Shown here: positions 1-12,145 of the stretch, piece by piece
Numbering within the stretch: position 1 is the first letter of the stretch
How the letters are laid out: the number at the start of each line of letters is the position of its first letter
Assembly: GCF_000143415.4 (NCBI RefSeq)
Contig: NW_003314284.1
Coordinates: forward strand, 788,693-852,692
DNA from: Selaginella moellendorffii
Taxonomy: Eukaryota > Plantae > Lycopodiophyta
DNA: 64,000 bases
Direction of reading: 5' to 3'
Translations under genes and position numbers: made by a program
The notes under the pieces: model-generated
What the model saw: the letters and a program-made list of their open reading frames with translations, nothing else
The model's database searches: none
What the model was told of the DNA's origin: nothing

Positions 1-899
1 ATTCATATTCGCTCTAATATTAGACTCTCTAGTGTTTATATCATCACCCATTATGTAGGTTTAATTATTGTTAGTCACACTAGCTTTTCTTAGCTACATT
101 AGTTCCTTTGAAGTCCTCCCCACTACTATCTCGTAAAGACTTACTAAACTTCGTAAGATTTAAAATACACTTTGGCATACTTGGTCTCGATCTTGGGCCT
201 TAGCTTAGGTCCTTCTCTTGGACTTGATATTGGACTCGATCTCAGATGTGGCCTAAGACTTGGTCTTGGACTTAATATAAGATTTAATTTTGACATTTTT
301 ACATGATATTTGTTAAGTGTTGGTCATTCTTTTGTCCTTTTCTAAAGACTCATTTATCAATTGCTTTATGCTCATTCCTCAAACACTTCTTTAAGAGTTT
401 CACTCTTGTTTTCAACTTTCCGAGTTGGAATTTTGTCCAAATGTGTTATATTCATTAGACTTTCACTTTGACTACTGCTATATAGCATGCCTTTGGTTCC
501 ATTTTGGGATTTAAGGATTTGTGTTTTATAACTCTACCACTTATAAATGAAGTTTGATGTCCCCATAAACAAGGTTTAATATCCTCATCAAATGATATGG
601 TGGGATGACAAATGTGGTCTACTTTATCAAATTAAACAACAAAAAGTCAAATAAGGTGCTTTTGATGTAGCAATCTTTTAGCAATGTTTTCAACTACTAT
701 GTAAATGGAAAAAACACTGACACCATATTTAGAAGAACTTAGAGAATGTACAGCAACTTCAAACTTCACCTCATAAAACTTTCCAAATTTTCAAAAAGCC
801 TGTAAAGCCTATCCTTCTCAACAGCACCAAAATTTGGGTGAACTTAGACATCTCTACATTTAACACATAGGAGACGCTACCACTTCCCAATCATAAGCT

Positions 900-1400
900 C
901 CAATCCAATTTAATGAAGATGACATTCTTGTTGTGATTGATTGTTTTCACAAATGAAAATCCAAAATGCTTGGGGTTTCACAGCTGAATTGCTCCAAGCA
1001 TGTGACAAGAAGTTCCTGGCATGCATATTCCACCTAATTTTTTAACGAGCAGCAAATGAAGATTTCCCTCAAGGAATGGACTTTGAACCATGTGGTTCCC
1101 ATCTATAAATTTAGAGATCCTATGGTCCCAAAAAATTACTTAACCATTATGGTGAGCTCTATCTTCTTCAAGTTATTTGCAACTATTCAAAAGTATCACC
1201 TTGTCTCTTGGAGTGAGACTAACTCCAAACGAGCTGCTGGCCAAGTTTGCTTTCAAGATAAATATGGTTGTATAAATCATCTCATCATACAATGAACTGT
1301 GTATGAACAAATGATATGTGAGAAGAAGCAATTATTTTATTGCTTTGTGAACTTTTGTAAATCATTCGACAGTCCCATAAAAGGAACTTTTTCACTAACT
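900..1400 (+). mobile_element. Degenerate non-LTR (LINE) retrotransposon reverse-transcriptase fragment
   Basis: Pieces across frames follow LINE RT domains 0-3: GFTAELLQ, WTLNHVVPIYK..DPMVPKNYLTIMVSSIFFKLFA, AAGQVCFQDKYGCINHL, FYCFVNFCKSFDS. Interrupted by stops and frameshifts. Confidence 0.8.
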
Positions 1401-2629
1401 CAAATGGCCTAAAAGGCATCACTATAATCATCAATATGTCCAAATTTGCTTGCGACCTTCTGCTGCATTATTGATTTATCTATGAACTTTACAAAAACAT
1501 AGATCATGGTATTTGGTCATCCACAACAAAGAAGTGACAGCAATGACCTCCATTACCAACACCACTTGCTGGTCAAGGTAGAAAACTACAAGTATCTTAG
1601 GTATATGGTCCACCACAAGAGGCCAAGACAACATAATACATCTAAGCAACCACAAGAGCATATTACTCACTCCAGAGTGATCTCAAGCAAGCTGATATTT
1701 TTTAATGGGATGCACATAGATAGTATTACCACACAAAGGTGATCACTATCCTCATATATGTTAAGGAGGTTTAGGGTCCTAGACTACTACGAATGATATG
1801 AAGACAAATGGAACAACTTAACCGTTGGTTCTTGAATATTGAATTTAACAAAGTAGCAATTGGGATCTTAATTATGAAATGTAGCTTGCTCCTTTTTGAA
1901 ATCCAAGTATGGAAAAAAATAATGCAATACGTCCAACCTCATATGCACTGCTCAAGATAAAATTGTCAAGTATGCTGTCTCAGATTCTATTAACCTTGCT
2001 AGAGATATCAGCAAAGGTTGGTGGCACAATCTTTGCTCCTGGACAAGAGATTTGGGTATGGATCTCAAAGCCCTTGTTCACAAAAATACCACAGTTGTCC
2101 CAGACCATTGGCTTGATTGAGCTTTCCAATGGTGGCTTCAAGGGGCTCAACATGATACACCAAGGTCCATAACTCCTTGCCACTACAAGAATAATTTACT
2201 AGCTATCAGCCTGCAACAACTTATTGGTATTGCTATCTACCAATCTATGGGACAACACCACCACAGAATCTTGGCATGCTATCAAGTGGGACAACATCGC
2301 CTGCACTCAGAAGTTGTACCATTTAAAATCCATATATGCCCATCTTGGACTCCATCCAATTGGAGAGTGCCACCTAGACTATCCATGCATGGTTCTTTGT
2401 GCAAGTATATTATAGGGGATTTACAAATAGCACGCCATAGATGTGAACACAGCTCTAGTAGGATTATGAGTTAGATACTTGATGCAAACCTCCAAGTAAA
2501 ACAATAACAAGTCATAATGGTAGGTACTCTAACGGGCCAAAAAGGTACCTAACTTATCATAATAAACACGTTGAAAAACTTTATCTGTAAATTTCCGACC
2601 TAATGAGGTTGTCTATAAAAATGCTCTGT

Positions 2630-3470
2630 GACAGTCTAGCACCTCTACTAGCAACATCTAGAGCACACCTTGTGCTCAACACCGCACACAACTTCACTAC
2701 TGCCTCTCAAGGTGGTCTGCCTCATCTACTAGAGCTAGAAACATCTCCATCCCAGCATCTGTCTTCAAAAATAACTAGCACCAATGCCAAAACGTCTAAA
2801 AAGTTCTATAGCCTTGCCTCTACCTCCTAGATCAGTTAGAAGGCTCTTTGCCTCTCAGGATCTCTCCCTTGATCAAACCTTTATCACTAGTGAACACACA
2901 TAGTGGTGCCTCTCCTCCTACGTCTCTTTAGTGCCTCCAACATTCTGTAGCCTCTGATCCATGCACAGCCTCTGATCCACACCTCTAGCACCTTTGCCAG
3001 CCTAGATCACACTCACACCCAATGCAATAGTGTGTGCCTTTGGTCCACCATACTTTAGTGTCCAGCCTTTCATACTGGAAGTCTCCCTTTTGGACTCTGA
3101 ATATTTAGGTCTCCCTCTCATCCTCTAGTTTTCCTCTCAAGGTGCTCTACCGGATCACTACAACTAGTGCTAAATGGCAACACAGACTCCTTGCAACATC
3201 GCTTCATCATCTCAGCATACTAGCCCTCATTATGCTCTCCCTTGGCCAGCACCTGGATCCTGCCCAAGAATCACAATGCTTCTGGCCAGTGCCTGGTATT
3301 GCCTTAATTTAGATAGCATGCCTCCATCTAGCACCCATGCATGTACTGCCTTATGGTGCCTTCTGCAGTGGCTTTGCCCAGCACCTCTAGACAGCACGTC
3401 CAGCACTGTCTAGCGCCTCTACTGGGAGCATCTAGAGCACAGCTTGTGCTCCACATCGCACACAACACAC
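2630..3470. repeat. Imperfect ~60 bp direct repeat pair in C-rich degenerate (probably TE-derived) DNA
   Basis: ctagcacctctactagcaacatctagagcacaccttgtgctcaacaccgcacacaac (~2636-2692) vs ctagcgcctctactgggagcatctagagcacagcttgtgctccacatcgcacacaac (~3410-3466). Confidence 0.6.
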
Positions 3471-6400
3471 AACTTGCTTCCTGGTATTGTCTCCTTTGGC
3501 AACACCTCTTTGTCTTAGCACCCAGCGCCTCTGCTGCTCTAACGCAGCGCCAAGAACTCCCTCTTCAGCCATATTCTTTTGACTCGCTTTTTTTGTCAGC
3601 CTCCTTGCACCATCCTAAATCCAAGGTAGCTCATCCTCTTCCTCACCAGCCTCCTCCCTAGTGAGAGCCATCATTCCAAGATTGAGATCCTGTTGAGATG
3701 TCAGTCTCTATCAGCTGTCGTGGCATGTCCACGTGGTCATGAGTCATGGCCCTTGAGTCATGTAAAAAGAGTCGAACCTTTTCACATCACAACAGATCCA
3801 ATACCACTAATATATCACACTGAATATATACAATCATCTAGCCTATAGAATCTGGAAGGTGGCAAGACATATGCCACCTAGATCTCATGAGGAGAAGAGT
3901 GTGTCATTAAACAATGAATTAGAAAACATACCACATCCACCTCTAGTGGTACTGCCGTGTCCAAAACCTTTACCATCCCTAGAACTTGTAGGACCAGATC
4001 AGATGACGCGCTATCCATGTGGTGTTCACACCAGCCACGGTTCTGTACACGCTGTGTGCAGTTCACTTGATTAGCCGAAGCAGGAGTGGATGAGGGAGTC
4101 GCTGGCTCCTAGTTTCAGAGAGACCGCAAGGTGGTGGTGTAGCAAAACCACCACGACCATTATCACATCACTTCCTCAGCGAGTGTGCAAAATCCAGGCA
4201 TCTGTGTGTCCCAAATTGAGCCACGAATCAGGTTTGCTGTGAATAAAATGGAGAGGCGGGGAAAACCTATTTTCTAAAGTAACCCCATCATGGATTAGTA
4301 TTTTATCTTTTGCACCAAGCCATTATTTATCAATGGTTTAACACCAAAAGACCATCATTTATTGTATATCCTCTAAAGAGAATAGATTATCCAACTTAGA
4401 GACTTATTGAATTACTTATGATGGTTCTCTCACTTTGCTGATTTAAATCCCATTAAATCCATTAGAAACACTTTCTCTATCTTAATCTTACTACTCATTC
4501 TAGAGTAATCTTGAATTATATCAATATAAAGATTGCCTTTTAGAACTTTAACACTAACTTCTCATATTAATTTATTACTAATCAACAGAATTTTATGCAA
4601 TTTTTTTGTAGTTTTAGTTTTGGTTTACCAACTAAAACAAGTTAGGAACATTGAGTCATACCTTTTATGTCAATAAAAACAATACGATCAATGGACTGAG
4701 GTCGTGAAGGATATGGTTTGGAGAGGGCTTCCACAATAGTATTGCTAGAAATGAGATAGAGGGCCACCAGGGAATGCAGGCTCTTGGCATCGGCTAACAC
4801 ACGGTATTTTCTCAACAAGAAGAAGGATGTCCTCCTCAAGCTCCTCCGATCCATCACAGATTTTGGATCCCAATCGAGCTGGAAGGTATGGCATTCATAT
4901 TTCTTCCATTGTTTTTTAGTTCTAGGTTTTCGTCCAGGGACCAGGGAGATGGAGCTGGATGGGGTTGGTGAGCATTTCATTCAGCAGTATCCTGTGATGC
5001 TTCATATGAATGACTAGTGTCTATAAGCAAGAAAAGACTTACCAAGAGCAATGAAGGTAAGACCTCGACTTCCACTTGAAAAGGTAATGTTTCATCAGCT
5101 CCTCTTCTGCCTTCTTGCCTTCCTCCGTCGTCCTTCTCCGTATGAGAGTGCATGAAACTCCTGTTGCTTCCCTCTTGCAGCGAGATAACCTTTGCCAAGT
5201 CAATACCAATAATTTGAGAATCTACTTAGAGGCTCCTCCTAAAACAAAATTAAATACATGATGCCAGCATGAGAAATGAAAGACATTCATGCACACTAAC
5301 ACAACAAACCAGGGCATCTCCAGCTCCTCTTTAGAACAGATTTCATTGGTGGATCCAAGCACTGGAGGTGATACATTGCAATACAAGCATTGCAACAGAA
5401 AACTTTGCACCACTTTTGCAAATGATGCAAAAATCTTTCAAAATCACTAGTGAACGTGTTGCACTTTACCAATAATGATGGTGGAATTGTGGAACTCTAA
5501 TGTTTCTTCCATACCACCTACCGAGCATGCCTCGTTGCTCCTTCATACCATCACTATGGCTACTTAATACACACGCAAGATAAATCATGTTGGTAGGTTC
5601 TCAAAAGCTTACTCTATCCGAGCAAACCTGAGCAAACCGAGCGAGCCGTTTTGAGCACCTGAACCTGATATCCTCTCGATGGACATCCTGGAAGTGCACC
5701 CAGAGCAGTCGTCTTGCGATGCCTTTTCTGAACATCACGTTGCACGGCAATGAGAAGCAACATGGGTTGCACAAAGGTAGTTTGTGCGACCATCTCATCT
5801 GGATAACCAAGCTCCACGAGCTCAGGAAACCAGCAAGATTGGTTTTCGGTCACCCCATCCTCCGTCTCGTTTGTAGAGGAAGTTTGATTTTGTCCGATCT
5901 CTGAAATCGGAGGTGCGCGATTAGGTGTAAACGGTGTGTCACTGCCACTCGCAATAACATGAAGGAAAAATGAACTTGGAATCAGCCAGATAAACTTGGA
6001 CACTGTCTAAGAAGACTTAGTGCATAGCATAAATGGTAGCATCACCCATGGTGAACTTCCAGATTTTGCTGAATGCAATCGAACTGATCAAACAAGCCAG
6101 GGAATCGGTAATAGAACAAGAACGACAAGTAAAACTATGCAACTTACAAACCGGCAGAGACAGTGGAAGCTGAGAATCATAACAACTCCCCAGGCCTTAG
6201 GTCCCACGAGTGACAAGGGGGTGCAAACGCGCTAGTCATGGACTCAGTTTATCATCGCATTGTAGCGACAGCTCGTACCCCATCCATCTCGCGTTCCTCT
6301 TGTCGTCATACCGCATGCTCGCCATCCTCTCGCGAAGCATGTTTTTACCTGGTACCCTCAAGAGAAAACGTCGCGTTAGCAAACAAGCTTGCGACCCTTT

Positions 6401-6677
6401 GTTATCGGTGTCGTCACTAGGAAGGAGCTAGATCAGCGTGAATGGTCAGCAGGGAGATAAAGTAGGGTAAAAATACAAAACAAGAAGAGCGAGACGATTG
6501 ACATTGTCCTGCATTGCTCACTGTTGTCTCCCAGTCCCACGTTTTCCTCTGCGTTTCTTATACTATCATCTAAGAATTTTAATGTCACATATTTTTTTTA
6601 AAACTTTAAATAGATATAAGTATTATAAAAATCCTTTTCACAGATTTATTTTAAGGTATTTACTAATATATATTGAA

Positions 6678-7388
6678 TCATTTTTGGATGTTTTGTGTGC
6701 TTCCACTATCCAATGAGTAGCTGTATTTTTTTTTGTAATCGCTCCACAGCGTTCCTACGCTCTTCCCGGTCAAGTCCTGGAAGTAGCTCTCGCTCCACCC
6801 AGTTGCAAGCTTGGCATTGAGCTTGGCCACAAAGCCTGCGCTTAGACTGTTGACATAGTCGAGAAACCTGGCAGTGACATCGTACCCCTGATCCCACCGA
6901 TTCCCCGCGCCGGGCTTCACCCAATGCGACGGTGCCAGATTCGCCTTGAGCCTCACAAAATCGGCAATCCCCTCGATCAATCCCCCGGGGGCGCTGCCTC
7001 TCCCGTTCCACTGCCACACATGAGTCATCTCGTGGAACATCACTCCCCGGATCTCTCTCGCAACATCGCCGCTGTAATTCCCAACATATGACGCGCTGAG
7101 ATGGATCTGATCGTTACTGGTGTACGCGACGCCGCCGATATCGTCGACCGTGAAGGTGATCCTGGAGACGCTCTTCTTGGGCGTGGATGGATTGGAGTAG
7201 TCGAAGGTGGACTGGACGAAGGTGATGGCGTCGGAGAGGATGGTGAAGGCTCCCTGGGCACCCACCACGGAGTCGAAGCGCCTACCGCCGGCGGTTCCTT
7301 GGGCGTTGTTTGCGAAGACGAGAGTGATCTGGGCGTGGGTGGAGGTGGCACACAGCGAGAGGATCAAAAGAAATCCAGCAAGCTCCAT
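6678..7388 (-). CDS. Basic secretory protein (BSP / PR-17, peptidase-MA-like), copy 1, intronless
   Basis: Signal peptide MELAGFLLILSLCATSTHA; GGRRF; HLSASY; FHEMTHVWQW (HExxH); GLIEGIADFVRL; WDQGYDVTARFLDY. Confidence 0.93.
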   Translation of the reverse strand: MELAGFLLILSLCATSTHAQITLVFANNAQGTAGGRRFDSVVGAQGAFTILSDAITFVQSTFDYSNPSTPKKSVSRITFTVDDIGGVAYTSNDQIHLSASYVGNYSGDVAREIRGVMFHEMTHVWQWNGRGSAPGGLIEGIADFVRLKANLAPSHWVKPGAGNRWDQGYDVTARFLDYVNSLSAGFVAKLNAKLATGWSESYFQDLTGKSVGTLWSDYKKKYSYSLDSGSTQNIQK

Positions 7389-7421
7389 TGAAATGCTTGT
7401 GAAATTATGCGAGAAAGAGTT

Positions 7422-7592
7422 TGTTATATAGGTCGATGATAGAAGAGACCAAGTGAAACACAAACACTGCAAGTCAGCCAATCTCTATAAACAATTTTTT
7501 TGGTGCTAAGCACGAAATATTTTTCTAAGTTTAAACGCGGATTTGGAGCATAAGATTTGACCGCCAGTGCTGGACGATAAAGTCAAAGTCAA
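7422..7592 (-). promoter_or_regulatory. TATA-like box and W-box cluster upstream of BSP copy 1
   Basis: CTATATAAC about 35 bp above the ATG; TTGACC at 7557-7562 and tandem AGTCAA (TTGACT on minus) at 7581-7586 and 7587-7592. Confidence 0.5.
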
Positions 7593-8357
7593 AGGTGATT
7601 TTTCTCATGTGGTGGACATGGAATGGACTCGCCACCTGTGAAAGGAAAAGCTTGGCGAACTATTTCCAGCGTCGTCTACGCCGAGAACAAAGGGCTACAA
7701 TGCAATCCTCCCAGAGTCTAAAATACACTGCGCAGTGAATCCAAAAGGAACAACGCAAAAAATCTCTACAGTGTGTGTGAATACAGGTGTTTGTACGCTA
7801 CCGAGAATGACGTACGCCGTGTACAGCGTACAAGACCACCGCGATGACATGAGCATACGGCTATGGCGGACAGAAAGCGGGAGTTTTGGGCAGTAAAAAT
7901 TGGAATGAGACGCGAGAGAAAGTCATGGGAGCACATTATTGTACCCAGAGATTATGCACCCAATCGATCCACAGTTTGATCTTCTTTTTTTACGAATTTT
8001 ACCCAGGAATTCCCTTGCGAGTGAGTGGTTTCTTTAGTGATTGTTTAGAGGAGAAACAACACGGTCGGGCAATCATCCTCTTAAAGGAAATGCCGCGAGA
8101 GGTAGCTCTGGGCTCTCATAATTTATGAAGGCTGGGTTTTAGGGCGCCACACGGCGGCTCTCTTTCATTCCAGGGGAGAGGAGAAGGAGCGCCAATCCAG
8201 CGCCCGGTAGGCCTTCCCACAAGCGCGCGATCCGGGAGAATGCGTCGGGGATTGGCGGCGCGCATTTAGGTAGATCCAGGGATGGATCGCGCGCGCGGAC
8301 AGGGTTTTAGCTAGATAGTAGCGCAGCGTGAGAGAATTTTGGTCTTTTGTAGCGAGC

Positions 8358-8381
8358 GAGCAAGAGCAAGAGCAAGAGCAA
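8358..8381 (+). repeat. (GAGCAA)4 hexamer repeat immediately before the methylesterase ATG
   Basis: Directly visible in the sequence. Confidence 0.85.
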
Positions 8382-8382
8382 A

Positions 8383-9941
8383 ATGGGGAATGGACTGGCG
8401 AGGATGGTGTCGGGCAAAGGGAAGAAGAACTCGTCCTCTTCTTCCTCGGCCAAGAAGGACAAGGCGGCTCGGAAGGCGGCGCAGAAGAAGCAAAAGGCGC
8501 TCGAGGAGGAGCTGATCGAGCGCCAGGTGCTGGCGTTTGCGCTGCAGCAGCAGCAGAAATCCATCCGGCTGGAGCGCGCCGCGTCGCAGCGCAACAATCC
8601 CAACTTGTTCCCGGAGAAGCTCCCGCGGAGCGCCAGCACCAGGCCGCGCTCCATCTCGGATCCGGTCGTGCCGCCACACCAGCTCGTCAATGGGATCAAG
8701 GTAAGTTCCTAGTTGGAGTTCTCGAGTAGTTTCTAGTTGTTTGTAGTTCTCTAGCCAGCAGTTCTATAGTTTTATGGAGCGAGTGTTTTGATGATCGAGG
8801 TCTGTTTTTCTTTGTTGTTGTCTTTCTTCCAGCCAGGTCTCCCTGACAATCTCGAGAGCAAGCACTTTGTGCTGGTTCACGGAGCCGGGAATGGAGCGTG
8901 GTGCTGGTACAAATCCATCGCGTTGCTGGAGGAGTCTGGCTTCACTGCCTCAACCGTGGATCTCACTGGCTCCGGCATCGATCACACCGATCCAAACACA
9001 ATCTCGACGCTCTCACAGTACGTAAAGCCGCTGCTCTCGCTCCTGGAAAAGCTTCCAGACAATGAGAAGGTACACCCGTTAAAAACTTCAATCGCTTCCT
9101 CGTCCGTGAGCATCCTATCTGACAGATACTCTTTTTTTTCCCCCGCTTTTTCGCTCTCTTTTCTTGCGCTTTCAGGTGATACTCGTTGGCCACGACTTTG
9201 GTGGCGCTTGCATCTCCTACGCCATGGAAGCTTTCCCCACCAAAATCTGCAAGGCTGTTTTCGTCTCTGCGGCAATGGTGGCGAACGGACAGAGGGCGTC
9301 CGACATCTTTGCTCCGGAGGTAAACTCCATATAAAACTTGTGATCACCACAAACATGATTTCGATTGTGTTGTGATTGCAGTTAATCACTGCAGACGATC
9401 TTCTACCCAAGGCTCAACAGTTTGTATACGCGAACGGTAGCTCGTCTGTTCCCACGGCTCTCGAGTTTGACAAAAGCCTGATCAAGGATTTGTTTTTCAA
9501 CCAAAGCCCCGCAAAGGTACGTCCTTTCTCGTGGTTTTTAGTAGCCAGCACGGTGACTGAAAAAGAAGCTTTTTGTTTTTGCTTTGTTTACAGGACGTAG
9601 CACTGGCGACCGTTTCTCTGAGGCCCGTGCCATTTGCTCCAACCCTGGAGAGGCTGTGCCTAACACAGGAAAGATATGGTAGCGTGCGGAGATTTTTCAT
9701 CCAGACAACCGACGATTGCGCACTAACGCCGGCCCTCCAAGAGAGACTGATAAGCAGCAACCCCCCCGAGAAGGTATTTCTTCTCAAAGGCAGCGATCAC
9801 TCCCCATTCTTCTCCAAGCCACAGTCACTCCACAAACTTTTACTCGAGATTGCACAGATAGAGCCACTCAAACCATCGTCCCCTTCTCTCCCTCCTCCCC
9901 CTCCCTCGTTACAGGACACAGAAGAGCAACAACAGCGTTGA
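8383..9941 (+). CDS. Methylesterase (alpha/beta hydrolase), MES11-15-like; 5 exons (8383-8700, 8833-9069, 9176-9319, 9382-9516, 9594-9941)
   Basis: HFVLVHGAGNGAWCWYK, VILVGHDFGGACISYAME, GSDHSPFFSKPQSL; basic N-terminal extension starting MGN; GT-AG introns join in frame. Confidence 0.9.
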
Positions 9942-10124
9942 AAACAGAAATATCTACATATAGTTGTATATGATCGACTCTACAACGAGTTACTATCATC
10001 AACCGAGAGACAAATGTTTTGGAAGTGAAGGTATGACCTTCCTTCGAGCTTTTTTTACTAATCGGCAGTGAGTGGCCTTATAGAAGTTTGCTGTTCTTTC
10101 AGCGAAGTCAATACATCAAAGCGT

Positions 10125-11625
10125 CTAACCAGTGAGTCTCTTTCGAACAGTGACACTATAAAACTTTTCGGTTCTCATGGACAATATCAAGCTCACAATG
10201 GCTGCAAACAAGCACACTCCAGCCATGACGAAGAAGGTTGCTCTGTAGCAATGCGATCCATGGCAAAGAAGCTCATCATCTCTCGATCCAAGCTTACTCT
10301 CGCGATCGTATAAAACTCCGGCCACACGGACGACAAAACATACGTTCCCAGCGCCTTGGCGACGTAAGTTACGTTTTGGAGCGTTCCATGGAAGCTGAGC
10401 CCGAAGATCTCCGCTATCATGGTGTAGACCACTGCCCACCGATTGACAGCCCGATCAAAACCGAGCCGTAGAAGAGCTCTCCGGGAAGCCGGGAAGCCCA
10501 AGAGCGATTATCAAGCTCCCAAGCGAGAGAAGCAAGAGAACCAGGCACAGGAAGAAGGGTCTTGCGACGCCATAGCTGGCGAGGCACGTATCCGAGATGA
10601 AGCCGCGGCCAACGCCACCGATGAAGTCCCAGATGCTGAGCAGCGCGATGAAAGTGTTTGTTCTGGCCTGGGAGTTGCCCAGGGACGATCCAATCTGACC
10701 GAAATTGTTAGTCACCGTGAGCACAGCGCCAATGCCACAGGTTGACGCTGCAAAAATGAGAAGCATGTCGATGCTACAGAGCGCCTGGAGGATTGTGAAA
10801 TCGTCCCCTCGCTTGACTGGCAGTCCTTTGGAGAAGATCGAGCTGATAGTTGGAGCAGCGGCGTTTGCTCCGTGATCCAGAGGATCTACATTGACCACGT
10901 TCTTACCATCTTGATGATCTACCTGAGGGATTTGTATTGCCGGGAAGGAGAGGATGAGCAGCATGATGAAAAGAAGGCCTTGATGATCCAAGATTCTAGG
11001 CGCACGAAATGCTGGAGGATGATAATCGCCATGAGATATCCAGCCAGGATCAAAGTTACCGACAAGAAGACGAAGAGCGTTCTCGCCGATGTCGAGTGGG
11101 AGAGATCGTATGACAAACGCGAAGAGTAGGCACAAGAGCGATGGAAACCAGGCCAGCAAGAGGAAGAGGATGAAGGAATCATTGCTGCGAGAGAAGATCG
11201 TAACGCTCAATCCCTGCGTGCTGTCGAGAAGACTAAGAACCATGCCCTGGTTCTTGGGGAAATTCTTGGCACAGGACACAGAACAGTGAAGCCTGCCGAC
11301 GCGCCGATCGTAAAGAGATAGAAGCACAGCTCCCAGATATGGGGGTGCGCGATTTTCTGCGTTGTAGCCAGCCATATCGTGAAGTATCCAGCAAAGTTTA
11401 GCGCGAATCCAAGGAGGAGCAAGGGCCCGGTGAGATCATAGACGAGGCCGGAGAGAATGGCGACGCTAGTACCAACATCTTTGAAGAAGCTTATGGTGTT
11501 GATATTTCTTTTGGTTGTAGTCGAGGGACAGCTTGAGATGCTGCGAGAAGAGGCTGAAATTGTTGAGAGTGATCCTCCGGAGGAGATCATGAGGAAGATC
11601 GACTTTTGTAGAGGTGTTTGACCAT
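10125..11625 (-). pseudogene. Nodulin-like / MFS transporter pseudogene (inverted copy of 56130-57773)
   Basis: Near-identical peptides to the intact copy (NINTISFFKDVGTSV, RGDDFTILQALCSIDMLLIF, LCHGSHCYRATFFVMAG) spread over several frames with deletions. Confidence 0.9.
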
Positions 11626-11909
11626 GATCCTGGGAAGCTACACTTTGGGCTGAAAAACCGCTGTCTGAGATGATTTTGCAATTGAATTACTATGCCCGAA
11701 TCCCGACGTTGCTCTTGGGATTAATCCGACAAGCGGCTGACTGACAATCCTGTTTGAAGATTGGCGGACTCCAGGCCAGAAAAGGGCAATCTTTGGTACG
11801 ACTTAGAAGCCTATAAAAAATGCGTTCATCGTGAAAATTGGAGAAGTAAGTTGAATAACCACTTTTATAGTACTTTGATTGATTGAATCATGGTTCTTAT
11901 TCTCTTCCA

Positions 11910-12075
11910 TCCAGATCTTGAACAATGGAGCACCGGGTCCTTGTCCAGCCTGATCACCATCACGGCATTTTTGGATGCTGTGGTAGGGCCTCTGCCAGAA
12001 CTTAACAACGAGAAAAATCCACCAATCTACAAGTCAACCTTGTATCACGAGCACATCACAAATCAAACATTCTGG
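11910..12075 (+). pseudogene. Remnant of the last exon of the 2OG-Fe(II) dioxygenase (copy of 54401-54645)
   Basis: EHRVLVQPD...VVGPLPELNNEKNPPIYKSTLYHEHITN vs EHRVLVQPD...VIGPLPEFIDEQNPPLYRSTLYEEHITN; upstream exons absent. Confidence 0.85.
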
Positions 12076-12145
12076 AAAACTTCAGATTTACAATACACGA
12101 GATCTTTCAAATTTGAATTTATAGTAATAATAGTTAAAAATATTA

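Noticed and set aside
170-296. Ser/Pro/Arg-periodic minus-strand segment as a gene
   Set aside because: Short, low-complexity and surrounded by stops; probably TE debris.
3690-3810. LTR boundary (TGTTG) and primer-binding site
   Set aside because: No second LTR and only a weak resemblance to a tRNA-Met PBS.
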